Source: Bdellovibrionales bacterium (lineage in GTDB: Bacteria; Bdellovibrionota; Bdellovibrionia; Bdellovibrionales; UBA1609). From it: a stretch of DNA of 64,000 nucleotides. The notes under the pieces were generated by a model, which ran no database searches, was not told the origin of the DNA, and was given only the letters and a program-made list of their open reading frames with translations. Shown here one piece after another: positions 18,858 through 29,013 of the stretch; the first letter of the stretch is position 1, and each line of letters opens with the position of its first letter. The stretch lies in contig OZ241329.1 in assembly GCA_965199825.1 (NCBI GenBank), forward strand, positions 2,336,001 to 2,400,000. The letters are read 5' to 3'. Position numbers and translations under genes: made by a program.

Positions 18858-20111
18858 TTAATCAAAGTTCAAGTCTGGTTGTTTCAGTATTCCGTGCAGC
18901 TGCTCTCGGGTCATGGTGTGTTGATTTCCACTTTTTAAATCCTTGACCTGATAAAGAGATTTTTTAAGTTCATCATCCCCAAAGATCACCGCGAAATGAG
19001 CTTCGGCACGATTTGCCTTTTTGAGGCGCTTTTGCAAATTGCCAGAAAAACTCAAATCAATATCAAGCCCCTCACTCCGAAGGCTGTGAGAGAGTTCGGT
19101 GGCATGCCGGATCGCCTCATCACCTAAAGGAATCAGACTAATAATTTTTGTTTTTGGTTTGCTCTCATTGAGAAGAAGACTCAATCGCTCCATTCCAGAA
19201 GCCCAACCAACACCAGGAGTGGCCGGGCCACCCATTGTCGCGATCAAATGATCATATCGGCCGCCAGCCAATACCGCATCCTGTGACCCGATATGACTCG
19301 TACGGTATTCGAAAACTGAATGAGTATAATAATCAAGGCCGCGAACTAAGTTCGGGTTCAATATAAAATCGATTTTGAGATCTTTTAAATGGGATTGCAC
19401 ATTTTCAAAAAAAGTTTTTGCCAGGGGAGTCAGACACTCGCTCAATTGGGGTGCCCCTTCACAAATTTTTTGGTCTTCGGGACTTTTAGAATCTAAAATT
19501 CTTAAAGGATTTGATTTTAATCTTTGCTGACTTTCTTTGGATAAATGCTTTTCTTGAGGCTCAAGATAAGCCAATAATTTTTCCCGATGGAGCGTGCGAC
19601 TTTCTTTATCACCAATCGAATTGAGGTGAAGTTCACATTTGTCCAACACACCAAGCTCTTTTAAAAGAATATGCCCAAAAGAAATCGCTTCGACATCGGC
19701 CAGAAATTGATCAACACCGAGAATTTCGATTCCAACCTGATGAAATTGGCGCAGCCGACCTTTTTGGGGTCTTTCGTAGCGAAACATCGGGCCCATATAA
19801 ATCAGCTTCAAAGGAAGCTCTTGGCTTAAGCCTTCCGAAATAAAACTGCGAGCCACACCGGCAGTGCCTTCGGGACGAAGTGTGAGGCTCTCGCCACCGC
19901 GGTCGGTAAATGTGTACATTTCTTTCGAAACAATGTCTGAGGTGTCGCCCAAGGTTCTTGAAAATACCTCGGTGAATTCAAAGATCGGAGTTTGAAATTC
20001 TTGAAATTGAAATCGCCGCGCCACTTCAAGAGCGGTGTTTTGAATCAATCGGAATCGATAAGCGTCTTCGCCAAATAAATCTTTTGTACCACGAACAGGT
20101 TGCATTGCCAT
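18858..20111 (-). CDS. hisS: Histidine--tRNA ligase
   Basis: RGTKD, KEMYTF.DRGGESLTLRPEGTA, FRYERPQKGR.RQFHQ, LVRGLDYY, GGRYD. Confidence 0.98.
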   Translation of the reverse strand: MAMQPVRGTKDLFGEDAYRFRLIQNTALEVARRFQFQEFQTPIFEFTEVFSRTLGDTSDIVSKEMYTFTDRGGESLTLRPEGTAGVARSFISEGLSQELPLKLIYMGPMFRYERPQKGRLRQFHQVGIEILGVDQFLADVEAISFGHILLKELGVLDKCELHLNSIGDKESRTLHREKLLAYLEPQEKHLSKESQQRLKSNPLRILDSKSPEDQKICEGAPQLSECLTPLAKTFFENVQSHLKDLKIDFILNPNLVRGLDYYTHSVFEYRTSHIGSQDAVLAGGRYDHLIATMGGPATPGVGWASGMERLSLLLNESKPKTKIISLIPLGDEAIRHATELSHSLRSEGLDIDLSFSGNLQKRLKKANRAEAHFAVIFGDDELKKSLYQVKDLKSGNQHTMTREQLHGILKQPDLNFD

Positions 20112-20120
20112 CGCCTCGAA

Positions 20121-21137
20121 CTAGCACTGTTTGGCACAGAGTTCACCTAGGATTTTGGCAAAAGAATCGATGTCCTTGAATGAGGTATCAAAACTGGTGA
20201 CCAGGCGAGAAACTTGATTGTCCCAAAGATAAAAGAAATGTTGTTTTCTTAAAGGCTTAATCAAAACCTTTGGCAGTTGAACAAAAATCATATTGCTCTC
20301 AACCGGATAAATGATTGGACCATAGTCGGCCACTTTTGATTTTAAAAGATCAGTCATTTGGCAACTCGAGCGCGCAATATCAAGCCACAGGTTTTTTTCA
20401 AAAAAGCTCAAAAACTGAGTTGCCATAAACCGAGTCTTGGTTGGCAGATTGAGCAGTTGTTTTCGCCAGTAAAAACTACGTACAGATTTTTGTTGATCAA
20501 AAAACACCACCGCCTCTGAATGAAGTAAACCATTTTTGGTTCCACCAAATGAAACCACATCCACACCAATGTCGGATGTTAAATTTTTAAGAGTGCAGTT
20601 CAGTCTATAACAGGCATGGATGAGCCGGGCGCCGTCGAGATGCACAAAAAGATGATGAGATTTCGCAAAGTCGATCAAACTTTTAAGCTCCTCGATGGAG
20701 TAAAGGGTTCCGAGTTCGGTTGGCTGAGTAAGGGACAACAGGCCGGGTGGTGAAAAGTGCTGATCTTTTTTTCGTGTTAAAAAAGGTTTTAAACTCTCAA
20801 TGCTGATTTTTCCGTCTTGTGACTGGACCGGATAAAGTTTGATCCCCGATTTTTCGGGAGCTCCGCATTCATCCAAAAAAAGGTGCGAGCCTTCGCTCAC
20901 TAATGCCGCCTGAAAATCCTCTAAATAAATTTTAAGACTTAAAACATTTGCGGCAGTGCCGTTAAAAACAAAACACACTTGAGCTGTTTCGCCGAAGTGA
21001 GTTTTAAAAACACAATCACTGAGCTTAGTTAAATCATCTTGTCCGTAGCCCTGAGCATGACCCTGATTAGCAGCAATAATGGCTGCTAAAATCTTTGGAT
21101 GAATTCCTGCTTGATTGTCAGAAGCAAAGCTGTGCAT
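20121..21137 (-). CDS. ltaE: Low-specificity L-threonine aldolase
   Basis: FASDN, GYG.D, FNGTAAN, DECGAPE, TQPTELGT.Y, HLDGAR, SFGGTKNG. Confidence 0.88.
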   Translation of the reverse strand: MHSFASDNQAGIHPKILAAIIAANQGHAQGYGQDDLTKLSDCVFKTHFGETAQVCFVFNGTAANVLSLKIYLEDFQAALVSEGSHLFLDECGAPEKSGIKLYPVQSQDGKISIESLKPFLTRKKDQHFSPPGLLSLTQPTELGTLYSIEELKSLIDFAKSHHLFVHLDGARLIHACYRLNCTLKNLTSDIGVDVVSFGGTKNGLLHSEAVVFFDQQKSVRSFYWRKQLLNLPTKTRFMATQFLSFFEKNLWLDIARSSCQMTDLLKSKVADYGPIIYPVESNMIFVQLPKVLIKPLRKQHFFYLWDNQVSRLVTSFDTSFKDIDSFAKILGELCAKQC

Positions 21138-21656
21138 TTAATTCTTATTTACTCGTTGAAGGATCAGTTGAGCGATTACCGAGTGATCTTTTTTGGTTAG
21201 GCTGGTCGATTTATAAATAAATAACGCCTTTGTTTCGATGCGGCGATAGAGCACCTCAAAAAGCCTTAAGATCTCTAGAGGATCAATTCCGATCGGTTCA
21301 AAAATATTAAGGTTAAGATAAATTGCTGCCGATTTTTTTTTGACTAAGGTGTCAGCAAGGTGCGACATCACAAATTCGCAAACGGTTTTACCACTCATGA
21401 GCCATTCAAAAAAGCCAAAGCTCATTTTTAAATTTTGATCTTCGGACTTATTTAAAAAATGAAAGCCGGTCTGATTCGAACTCATTTGCGAATCAAATCG
21501 CAGCGCCAGCTCGGTATTTATTTGATGATGAAGCGAGCCGGCAATAAGATTGCTTTCAGGATTAAAAGTGTCACTCCATTCGTGGGGTGAAGAAATTTGT
21601 TTTAATTCTTCAAGGACCGCCGAATTAAAATCAAGGATCGAAAATTTTGACTTCAT
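21138..21656 (-). CDS. Hypothetical protein
   Basis: 172-aa ORF abutting ltaE. Confidence 0.6.
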   Translation of the reverse strand: MKSKFSILDFNSAVLEELKQISSPHEWSDTFNPESNLIAGSLHHQINTELALRFDSQMSSNQTGFHFLNKSEDQNLKMSFGFFEWLMSGKTVCEFVMSHLADTLVKKKSAAIYLNLNIFEPIGIDPLEILRLFEVLYRRIETKALFIYKSTSLTKKDHSVIAQLILQRVNKN

Positions 21657-22148
21657 ATGGGCTGGACATTACGGGATATTGCATCGCATTCTCAAGGAAT
21701 GGCTCATCTTCGATATACCCAAATTCTTGATTGCGAGGCCCAAAAGGCTTTCGATTTTTTAAATAATCCACAGTCGGTGGGATATATGCTCACACCGCTC
21801 ATTACGGTTAAAACCGCATCGGTCGAGCACCAATTCCATCCCGATAAAGAATACGAATTCCTGATGACACGATTTGGAATTACCCAATTGGTGAAAGTCT
21901 ATATTGAAGATGTGCTCCCCGGAAGGCGAATGACTTTTCGTCAAACCTTGGGAATTTTTAAAAGTTATCGGCAGACCACGATTTGTGAACCGATTGACGA
22001 TCATCGAGTGCAGCTCAGCGAAGAAATCGATTTTGAGATGCACTTTGGAGTTTTTGGTGCGGTGTTCTCAACCATTTTTGTGAAGCGAGATTTAAAATTG
22101 CTTTTAAAGCATCGCTTCACCCAAATTGAACGGCGACTAAAAAAATAG
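21657..22148 (+). CDS. SRPBCC family protein (start may be ATG 21699)
   Basis: F.F...P.....LTP, F.....G.FK.Y, L.EEIDF....G.FG.......VKRDL......R pattern. Confidence 0.75.
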   Translation: MGWTLRDIASHSQGMAHLRYTQILDCEAQKAFDFLNNPQSVGYMLTPLITVKTASVEHQFHPDKEYEFLMTRFGITQLVKVYIEDVLPGRRMTFRQTLGIFKSYRQTTICEPIDDHRVQLSEEIDFEMHFGVFGAVFSTIFVKRDLKLLLKHRFTQIERRLKK

Positions 22149-22155
22149 AAATTTT

Positions 22156-22734
22156 TTAAGCAAAGTTCTCATTAGCAAAATTCCAGTTCACCACATTCCA
22201 AAAACTTTCGAGATATTTTGGTCGAGCATTACGGTAATCAATGTAATAGGCATGCTCCCACACATCACAAGTCATCAAAGGTTTTACGCCTTGTTTGGTG
22301 AGTGGAGTTTCGGCATTGGATGTGGTTTGAATTTCTACTTTTCCATCTGCATTTTGAACAAGCCAGGCCCAGCCCGAACCAAATTGGGCTACGGCTGCAG
22401 CCGAAAATTTTTCTTTAAACGCATCAAAACTTCCAAAGCTTTGATCGATCGCAGTGGCCAATCTGCCTTTACCCAGAGAAGTCGATTTTGGCGAGAGCGA
22501 GTTCCAATAAAAAGTATGATTCCAAACTTGTGCCGCATTATTAAAAGTTGGCCCCGAACTGGATTTAATTATCTCTTCTAAAGATTTGTTTTTTTGATCC
22601 GTCGATTCGATCAACTGATTGAGTTTATCAACGTAAGCCTTGTGATGCTTTCCGTAGTGAAAATCAAGGGTTTCGGCAGAAATATGAGGTTGAAGCGCAT
22701 CTCTACTAAAGGGCAGTGGGGGAAGAGTGATCAT
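22156..22734 (-). CDS. sodB: Fe superoxide dismutase
   Basis: HYGKHH.AYV, FNNAAQVWNH.FYW, FGSGWAWL, DVWEHAYY. Confidence 0.95.
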   Translation of the reverse strand: MITLPPLPFSRDALQPHISAETLDFHYGKHHKAYVDKLNQLIESTDQKNKSLEEIIKSSSGPTFNNAAQVWNHTFYWNSLSPKSTSLGKGRLATAIDQSFGSFDAFKEKFSAAAVAQFGSGWAWLVQNADGKVEIQTTSNAETPLTKQGVKPLMTCDVWEHAYYIDYRNARPKYLESFWNVVNWNFANENFA

Positions 22735-22779
22735 AAGAACCTCCGTTAAAAATTGAATATCGTCAACTTTGCACAGATC

Positions 22780-23556
22780 TTATATGAGGGCGAGTTCTTT
22801 TAAAAAATTCTGTAGCGCCACCATCTCATCGAGTCCTAAATCTCCGATGCCCCCCACCAATAGGGATTTCAGTGCGTCTTTTTTAGAGAGCAGTTGAGCC
22901 CCAGTGAGATCCTCAAAGCGAGCCGCAACTTGTGCAATAATTGATGATTTATTTTTAAGATCAAGTTTTAGAATCTTAACCACGGTTTCGTCAAAAAAGG
23001 GTTGAGAAGGCACATTGTGATTTTGGATCAAGCACCCCACCAAAAGACTTGGACTTAAAAGTGCTTCTGAATTTTTTAATCCTTTTGCGATTCCAAAAGC
23101 CAAGAGGGCGATGTGAAGATTTTTGCTCAATTTAGAATTTTTAAGTTCAAGAATTGAAACTAAGTTTTGGTTGGATAAAGTAAAATAGTTTTTAAGCTCT
23201 TCAGCGCCCAAGATCAATGTGGAATATAAATCTTCCGAATTTGGCGACATCAAAAACTCTTCGATCAGTTTGCAAAAGGCATCATGCACATCCTGTGGCT
23301 TTAGTTCAGGATCTGTCCAAACGGGCATAAATATTTTTTGTAGGTTTTTAAGATAAATGTTGTAATCATCAATACTCACAAATAAGGATTGTGAAGATTT
23401 TTTTTTGAATTTTTCGACGGTTTGGGTTTCGAGCACGTCTCCTTTGCGGCGATAAAGAACAAAGCGTGAACCCACACTGACGTAACAATTGTAAGGAAGC
23501 GCTTCTCCCGCTGAGAGCGAAAGACTTTTGATCGGTTTTAAAACACGGTCATTCAT
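22780..23556 (-). CDS. Degenerate HD-GYP-like protein
   Basis: N-terminal Y.....RFVLY...GD region; LLVGCLIQN where LLHDIG is expected; IAQVAARFEDL where AD.FD.L is expected. Confidence 0.5.
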   Translation of the reverse strand: MNDRVLKPIKSLSLSAGEALPYNCYVSVGSRFVLYRRKGDVLETQTVEKFKKKSSQSLFVSIDDYNIYLKNLQKIFMPVWTDPELKPQDVHDAFCKLIEEFLMSPNSEDLYSTLILGAEELKNYFTLSNQNLVSILELKNSKLSKNLHIALLAFGIAKGLKNSEALLSPSLLVGCLIQNHNVPSQPFFDETVVKILKLDLKNKSSIIAQVAARFEDLTGAQLLSKKDALKSLLVGGIGDLGLDEMVALQNFLKELALI

Positions 23557-24575
23557 TTTTCTGATTCAAGCATCGACAAAGTCCAGTGGGCAATCTCTTT
23601 CAAATGGGGATATTTGTCGGCGGCTCGTCTCACAGCTGGAATCATTTCATACAAATAATGATTGGCACTCAGAATCAAAGCGGTTCTTCGTAATCGTTTT
23701 GCTCCAGCCCTAAGGAGGGGCGTCGAGCGCAGTCGTTCTTCGATTTCTCGATTCGAACTGTTCAACAAAAACTCAATATCTGAAATAAGATCCTCGCGGC
23801 TCGAATGTTTTTGTCGCTCCAATTTAATCTCGGACCCAAATGCTTTTTCGTTCCAAGGGCAAACCGTTTGACAAAGATCGCATCCAAAAAGCCAATCTTT
23901 CATCAATGGGCGAAGTCCAATATCAGGATCATTTTGGGCTTCAATATTGAGGTAAGACAAACACCGCCGTGCATCTAATTTTCTGGGCTCAATCAACGCC
24001 TGAGTGGGGCAAATATCAATACACCGCGTACAAGTTCCACAGCGATCGGGCATCAGCACTGAGGCTTGATCAAGATGCAGACTTGTTAAGATTTCGCCTA
24101 TAAAAAACAAGCTGCCTTTTTGGGGATGAATCAAACAGGTGTTTTTGCCCACAAATCCAAGTCCTGCCCGATACCCTAGGTCTCGCTCCAAAATCGGTTG
24201 CGAATCGGTGGCCGAAAAAAAGAAGTCTTGCGGAAATTCTGACTCGAGTTTTTTTTGAAGAGCATTTAATTTTTCGAGAAAAAAATAATGATAATCCTTG
24301 CCGCGGGCGTAGAGCGCGACCTTGCCCCTAAAAGTCGGCAGCGGTTCGGGGTGAGGAAAATAGTTTTGGGCAATCACGATTGCGGATTGAGCTCTGGGCC
24401 AAAGTTGTTGCGGGCTTTTTTTGATCTCAAGGTGATTTTTGAGATATTCCATACTGCCGTTGAGATTCTCGCCCACCCACGTCTGGTAAAACTCAAAACT
24501 CAGCGGTTTTTTGAGTTCGGCAAATCCAAAATGCGAAAATCCGAAATCTTTGATCAGTGTTTCGGTCTGTGACAT
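23553..24575 (-). CDS. queG: Epoxyqueuosine reductase (probable start ATG 24575)
   Basis: YARG.DYH, D..P.LER....RAGLGF.GKN, CG.C.RC.D.CPT.A, C.SY..IE, FGCD.CQ.VCPWN. Confidence 0.95.
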   Translation of the reverse strand: MSQTETLIKDFGFSHFGFAELKKPLSFEFYQTWVGENLNGSMEYLKNHLEIKKSPQQLWPRAQSAIVIAQNYFPHPEPLPTFRGKVALYARGKDYHYFFLEKLNALQKKLESEFPQDFFFSATDSQPILERDLGYRAGLGFVGKNTCLIHPQKGSLFFIGEILTSLHLDQASVLMPDRCGTCTRCIDICPTQALIEPRKLDARRCLSYLNIEAQNDPDIGLRPLMKDWLFGCDLCQTVCPWNEKAFGSEIKLERQKHSSREDLISDIEFLLNSSNREIEERLRSTPLLRAGAKRLRRTALILSANHYLYEMIPAVRRAADKYPHLKEIAHWTLSMLESEK

Positions 24576-24606
24576 AATACTTTTTTGCACAACCTTAAGG
24601 GATATA

Positions 24607-25815
24607 ATGAGCGAACAGCCATTGGTCAAAGAGCTAAAAAAATCTTCTCTCTATGGCGATGCCGAGGCCGTTGCGACAAAGCTGATTGAAAGCGGTTTTA
24701 AAGCCCTTCTTGCGGGAGGGGCGGTTCGAGATGCGCTGCTCGGTCGACCGATTAAAGATATGGATCTTGCGACCTCCGCATTGCCTCATGAAGTCGAGGC
24801 CCTTTTTCCAGATTCGATCGCGATCGGAAAAGCTTTTGGTGTGATTGGGGTTAAAATAAATTCTGAAATTTTTGAGGTGGCAACCTTTCGGCAAGACGGC
24901 GATTATCAAGATGGACGAAGGCCCCAATCGATCGAATTCTCATCCATCATCGAAGATTCAAAACGCCGCGATTTTACCATCAATGCGCTGTACTTTGATT
25001 TTGAAACAAAAAAAGTTGTCGATCTTCAAAATGGGCAAGCCGATCTTAAAAACAAAATGATTCGCACAGTGGGGGATCCCAAAAAGCGGTTTAATGAAGA
25101 TCATCTGCGCATCTTAAGAGCTTTGAGATTTCAAAGTGTGCTTGGATTTGAAATCGAGCCCCAAACTTTACGCGCAATTTATGAGCAGTCGTCGCTCCTG
25201 GAAAATATCGCTCGTGAGCGCATCACGGTGGAGTTTGAAAAATTGCTGATGGGTCAAAATTTTTTATTGGCTCTCAAAGTCTCTAAAGATTCTGGCGTGT
25301 TTGAAACTCTCACCCAATTTACACTGACCGAAAAAACGATTCACCGGTTGGCAATGAGTTCAGAAGATTTAATTTCTCGCTTAAGTGTTCTTTTGTTCGA
25401 TCAAGATCCAAAACTTTTCTTTAAACGGTTTCGTTTTTCAAACCAGATCGCTTCGAGTGTTATGCGGGTTTTGTCACTCTCACAAACACTACAAAAAGAT
25501 CGATTAGGTCAAAAACTCAAGGCGCTCGGAGATCCATGGGGTCTCCATGCACTCAGCCTTTTACAATCGGTGAGGTGGAGCGAGAATCAACACAGTGATG
25601 ATTTAGATCGACTTGTCAAAACGCTCGTTCAATGGGGAGGCAGTTTGCCCAAACCTCTATTGAGATCTGAGGACCTGATCAAACTTGAAATGAAGACGGA
25701 TCAGAATTTTGGAAAAATTTTGAACACTTGTTTTATCGCCCAACTCGAAGGCCAAATAAAAACCCAACAGGAGGCGATTAACTTTGCGGTCGAGTGGGAT
25801 CCGAAATCTTCTTAG
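24607..25815 (+). CDS. cca: CCA tRNA nucleotidyltransferase (probable start ATG 24607)
   Basis: GGAVRD.LLG....D.D.AT, EVATFR.D, RRDFTINA, F.ED.LR.LRA.RF, ERI..E. Confidence 0.92.
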   Translation: MSEQPLVKELKKSSLYGDAEAVATKLIESGFKALLAGGAVRDALLGRPIKDMDLATSALPHEVEALFPDSIAIGKAFGVIGVKINSEIFEVATFRQDGDYQDGRRPQSIEFSSIIEDSKRRDFTINALYFDFETKKVVDLQNGQADLKNKMIRTVGDPKKRFNEDHLRILRALRFQSVLGFEIEPQTLRAIYEQSSLLENIARERITVEFEKLLMGQNFLLALKVSKDSGVFETLTQFTLTEKTIHRLAMSSEDLISRLSVLLFDQDPKLFFKRFRFSNQIASSVMRVLSLSQTLQKDRLGQKLKALGDPWGLHALSLLQSVRWSENQHSDDLDRLVKTLVQWGGSLPKPLLRSEDLIKLEMKTDQNFGKILNTCFIAQLEGQIKTQQEAINFAVEWDPKSS

Positions 25816-25996
25816 CGCGCTCTTTGGCCTTCATGCCGGTATGGTTTTTCCAATTGTATTCGGGATCAAGTTGATAGCGATTTTGCCAAGCATCCCATTT
25901 TTCTTTTGGCAATTTGTGGCGCACACTCCCATCCTCAGCAAAAATATCGGGCTCTTTACCAAATAAAAATCCTATGATCCGCTTTGAAATTCCCAC
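25778..25996 (-). CDS. Small hypothetical protein (probable GTG start 25996)
   Basis: MGISKRIIGFLFGKEPDIF.EDG.V.H.LPKEKWDAWQNR...PEYNWKNH; fills the gap between cca and the methyltransferase. Confidence 0.55.
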   Translation of the reverse strand: MGISKRIIGFLFGKEPDIFAEDGSVRHKLPKEKWDAWQNRYQLDPEYNWKNHTGMKAKERAKKISDPTRPQS

Positions 25997-26052
25997 CTGT
26001 TGTCCTTTCGAAAAGAACAGTCTACAACGAACCTCCCATAGGAGAGCAAGGC

Positions 26053-26739
26053 ATGTCGCGCGAGACCGCATTTTCGGCTCAAAGTTTTGAGAGTCTCAAT
26101 AACTATATTCTAAAAACCTTTAAGCCCGAAACTGAGGCGCTCAAAGGGGCTCGCGAGCACTCGGATCAGATGGGTTTGCCGCCAATTCAGGTTTCGGCGC
26201 TCGATGGCCGGCTGTTGCAATTTTTCGTTCTCCTTTTGAAACCAGAATGTGTGGTTGAAATTGGAACTCTCGGTGGCTATTCGGCTTTGTGTATGGCCCA
26301 AGCCCTTCAGCATGGAGCACGCCTTTATACTTTCGAAAAAAATCCTAACCACATTAAAACCTCTCAACACAATTTTAAAAATTCGGAATTTGCTGCGCAA
26401 ATCACATTGATTGAAGGAGATGCGTTACATAATTTAAACCTGCAAAAGTTGACCCCACAAATTGTGTTTATAGATGCCGAAAAATCAAAATACCTCGACT
26501 ACTATGAATGGGCGGTTCAAAATCTTTCGCCCGGAGGATTAATTATTGCGGATAACACTCTCGCGTTTAACTCGGTTCATCTTCCGCTTGATCCAACTCA
26601 TCCCCGAGCCAAATCGATTGCGGCTCTAAAAGCCTACAATGAGCAAGCGGGGAGTGATAAAAGAGTGTTTTCGATTCTTATACCCACTGCCGAAGGGATG
26701 ACCCTTTCGATCAAGAAAGATTGTGATGACGCTCATTGA
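26053..26739 (+). CDS. SAM-dependent O-methyltransferase (probable start ATG 26053, SD GGAGAG)
   Basis: I.V....G.LL, VEIGTLGGYS, FIDAEK..Y..Y, GGLIIADN. Confidence 0.9.
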   Translation: MSRETAFSAQSFESLNNYILKTFKPETEALKGAREHSDQMGLPPIQVSALDGRLLQFFVLLLKPECVVEIGTLGGYSALCMAQALQHGARLYTFEKNPNHIKTSQHNFKNSEFAAQITLIEGDALHNLNLQKLTPQIVFIDAEKSKYLDYYEWAVQNLSPGGLIIADNTLAFNSVHLPLDPTHPRAKSIAALKAYNEQAGSDKRVFSILIPTAEGMTLSIKKDCDDAH

Positions 26740-27145
26740 ACGCGAAAAAATTTTGATCGACGAATTTCAAGCCCTAAAGACTTGGGAAGAGCGTTATAAA
26801 AAGATTATCGAATGGGGCAAAAATTTAGATCCTTTGCCCGAAGAATTTCGGATTGAAGATCTCAAGGTTCGAGGCTGTCAAAGTCAGGTGTGGCTCAAGG
26901 CCTCAAAAGACCAAAACCAAGAAATCGAATTTAAAGCCGATAGTGATGCTTTAATTGTGAAGGGACTTATCGCCATGCTGATTAAAATTTTTACGAAAAG
27001 TACCGCCCAAGAAATTTTAGAATTTCAGCCTTCATTTTTTAATCAACTTGAACTCAAAGAGCACTTGTCGCCCTCACGCTCAAATGGACTGGTCAGCATT
27101 TATAAACAAATTAAATACTATGCAGCAGCTTTTAGCGCGATCTAA
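26723..27145 (+). CDS. sufE: Cysteine desulfuration protein SufE
   Basis: WEERY..II..G, VRGCQSQVWL, ADSDA.IVKGL, LSPSR.NGL. Confidence 0.95.
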   Translation: MMTLIEREKILIDEFQALKTWEERYKKIIEWGKNLDPLPEEFRIEDLKVRGCQSQVWLKASKDQNQEIEFKADSDALIVKGLIAMLIKIFTKSTAQEILEFQPSFFNQLELKEHLSPSRSNGLVSIYKQIKYYAAAFSAI

Positions 27146-27846
27146 ATCAGCGTGGCAAAAACTTTGTGAGTGTCTTCGTTATCTTCAAGGGCCTCTAAGA
27201 GTTCAACCACTTCGGCGCGCTGAGCTTCAGAAATTTCGCTGATATTCTTTGGTCGATAGGACAGCTCAGCCGCATTGACTTCAAATCCATGACCCGAAAG
27301 ATAACTTCGCACCTGATCAAGATCTTCGGGTGCGGCAAAAAAATCAAATTGTCCGTCTTCAATTTGACTCACGTCTTGGGCCCCGGCCTCGATCGCAACT
27401 TCTTCGGGATCGGCCACGTCCGATTTTTTGGCACTCACCAAACTCACTCGTTCAAACATCCAATTGACCGCACCTGATTCACCAAGTGCGCCGCCGTGAG
27501 ATTTAAATATCGAGCGAATTTCGGAAGCTGTGCGATTTCGATTGTTGGTCTGACACTCAACCACCACGCCCACACCATGGGGTCCGAACCCTTCGTAGGT
27601 GAGCTCCTCAATCATGTCGCCCTCATCCAATTGACCAGAGCCTTTTTTGATTGAGCGCTCGATCGTATCCTTTGGACAAGAAACTTCTTTTGCAGCCGCA
27701 ATTGCCATTTTGAGTCGTGCATTGGATTCGGGATCAGCTCCACCGAGTCGTGCAGCGACCGCAATCTCGCGCGCCACCTTTGTGAAGAGAGCCCCTTTTT
27801 TTGCCGCCATCGCGGCCTTGATCGGATTTTTCCAGCCTTTTCCCAT
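27142..27846 (-). CDS. yebC: YebC/PmpR family protein (probable start ATG 27846)
   Basis: GGADP..N.RL, PKD.IER.IKKG, YEG.GP.GV...VE..T.NRNRT, G.V.W.F. Confidence 0.93.
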   Translation of the reverse strand: MGKGWKNPIKAAMAAKKGALFTKVAREIAVAARLGGADPESNARLKMAIAAAKEVSCPKDTIERSIKKGSGQLDEGDMIEELTYEGFGPHGVGVVVECQTNNRNRTASEIRSIFKSHGGALGESGAVNWMFERVSLVSAKKSDVADPEEVAIEAGAQDVSQIEDGQFDFFAAPEDLDQVRSYLSGHGFEVNAAELSYRPKNISEISEAQRAEVVELLEALEDNEDTHKVFATLI

Positions 27847-27884
27847 TCGAAGAAGGGTGCCGAAAAATTTTAAAAAAAGCAAGT

Positions 27885-28622
27885 TTAGAAGGTTTCAGAA
27901 TTTTTTAAAAATCTCCAGTGACCTTCGGGAAGATCACGCAAAAACACTTTGCCAATACGCACTCGCAAAAGCGATTGCACATCGAGATCAACAAGATCCA
28001 ACATACGTCGAATTTGACGTTTGCGCCCTTCGCGCAAAATAAATTTGAGCCGGCCATTTTCTAACACATCGACTTTGGCGGGCAGCAGAGGTTGACCATC
28101 TAATTTTAATCCAAATCGAAGATCTTTGAGTTTGGTTTCGGTTAATGTTCCAGAGATTTTGACCCAATATTCTTTTTCCATGCGGCTCTCGGGTCCAATG
28201 ATTTTTTTAACCAAAGCTCCATCTTGCGACAAAACCAAAAGTCCGCGTGAGTCGATATCAAGGCGTCCCGCTGGAGCAAGGCCAAAGCGGTCAGCGATTT
28301 GAAATTGGCGTTGATCCACCACCACCTGATTTCGTGCCGAAATCAGATCCAAGGCGGAACGATAATCTTTTTCGGGTTGAGAAGAAACAATGCCCACAGG
28401 TTTATTAAAGAGGATGGTCACCTTCGAATCGAGCTCGTGTTGTCCTTCAGCGAATAACTCAATCTTACTTAACGGATGAATCTTTGTACCTAAAACCGAG
28501 ATCACCTCGCCGTTGACCATCACCTGACCCCGCGCAATGAGGCTGTCGGCTTCACGTCTCGAACACAGACCGCGATCGGCCATTACTTTGGACAAACGAA
28601 CATGGGATTCACTCATAAGCAT
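27885..28622 (-). CDS. rRNA pseudouridine synthase (RsuA/RluB/E/F family) with S4 domain
   Basis: RLSK.MA..G.CSRREAD, NKP.G, GRLD.DS.GLL, EKEY, EGRKRQIRRM. Confidence 0.92.
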   Translation of the reverse strand: MLMSESHVRLSKVMADRGLCSRREADSLIARGQVMVNGEVISVLGTKIHPLSKIELFAEGQHELDSKVTILFNKPVGIVSSQPEKDYRSALDLISARNQVVVDQRQFQIADRFGLAPAGRLDIDSRGLLVLSQDGALVKKIIGPESRMEKEYWVKISGTLTETKLKDLRFGLKLDGQPLLPAKVDVLENGRLKFILREGRKRQIRRMLDLVDLDVQSLLRVRIGKVFLRDLPEGHWRFLKNSETF

Positions 28623-28980
28623 AAAATCTATTCTTTTTGGTTTCTTGAATTGAGAGGTCGATCAAGTTTTGGTCTTCATACAATCGCACGCGCTTGAATT
28701 TTGGAAAGGGCAGTTCCTCGCCAAGTTTTGTAAATAAATAAACGCTGAGATTTTGGGTTGTGCAGTCTTGGTTTTTAAAATCTTGAATTTTTTGATCGAG
28801 ATGGCGATGGTGCAAGGGGGCAATAAACTTTTTTAATGCCACATCAATGACCGAAAGATCAATGATCATTCCCGAATGCGGATCGATTTGACCTTCAAAC
28901 GAAGAATCAAAAGTATAGCTATGACCACCCTGATTGTGCGCACAATTAAAATGCTGGCGCCGAGAAAGTTGAACTTTCAT
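28609..28980 (-). CDS. QueD/PTPS-like protein (shortened active-site loop)
   Basis: F..AH, GHSY, G.ID..SGMIIDL, LHHR.L, RVRLYE. Confidence 0.7.
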   Translation of the reverse strand: MKVQLSRRQHFNCAHNQGGHSYTFDSSFEGQIDPHSGMIIDLSVIDVALKKFIAPLHHRHLDQKIQDFKNQDCTTQNLSVYLFTKLGEELPFPKFKRVRLYEDQNLIDLSIQETKKNRFYAYE

Positions 28981-29013
28981 AAGCGCTCGTCATAGCCGAA
29001 TTTAAAGGATTGA

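Noticed and set aside
21654..21659. Back-to-back divergent start codons (CATATG)
   Set aside because: SRPBCC gene more plausibly starts at ATG 21699 with CATTCT 6 nt upstream; cannot be resolved from sequence
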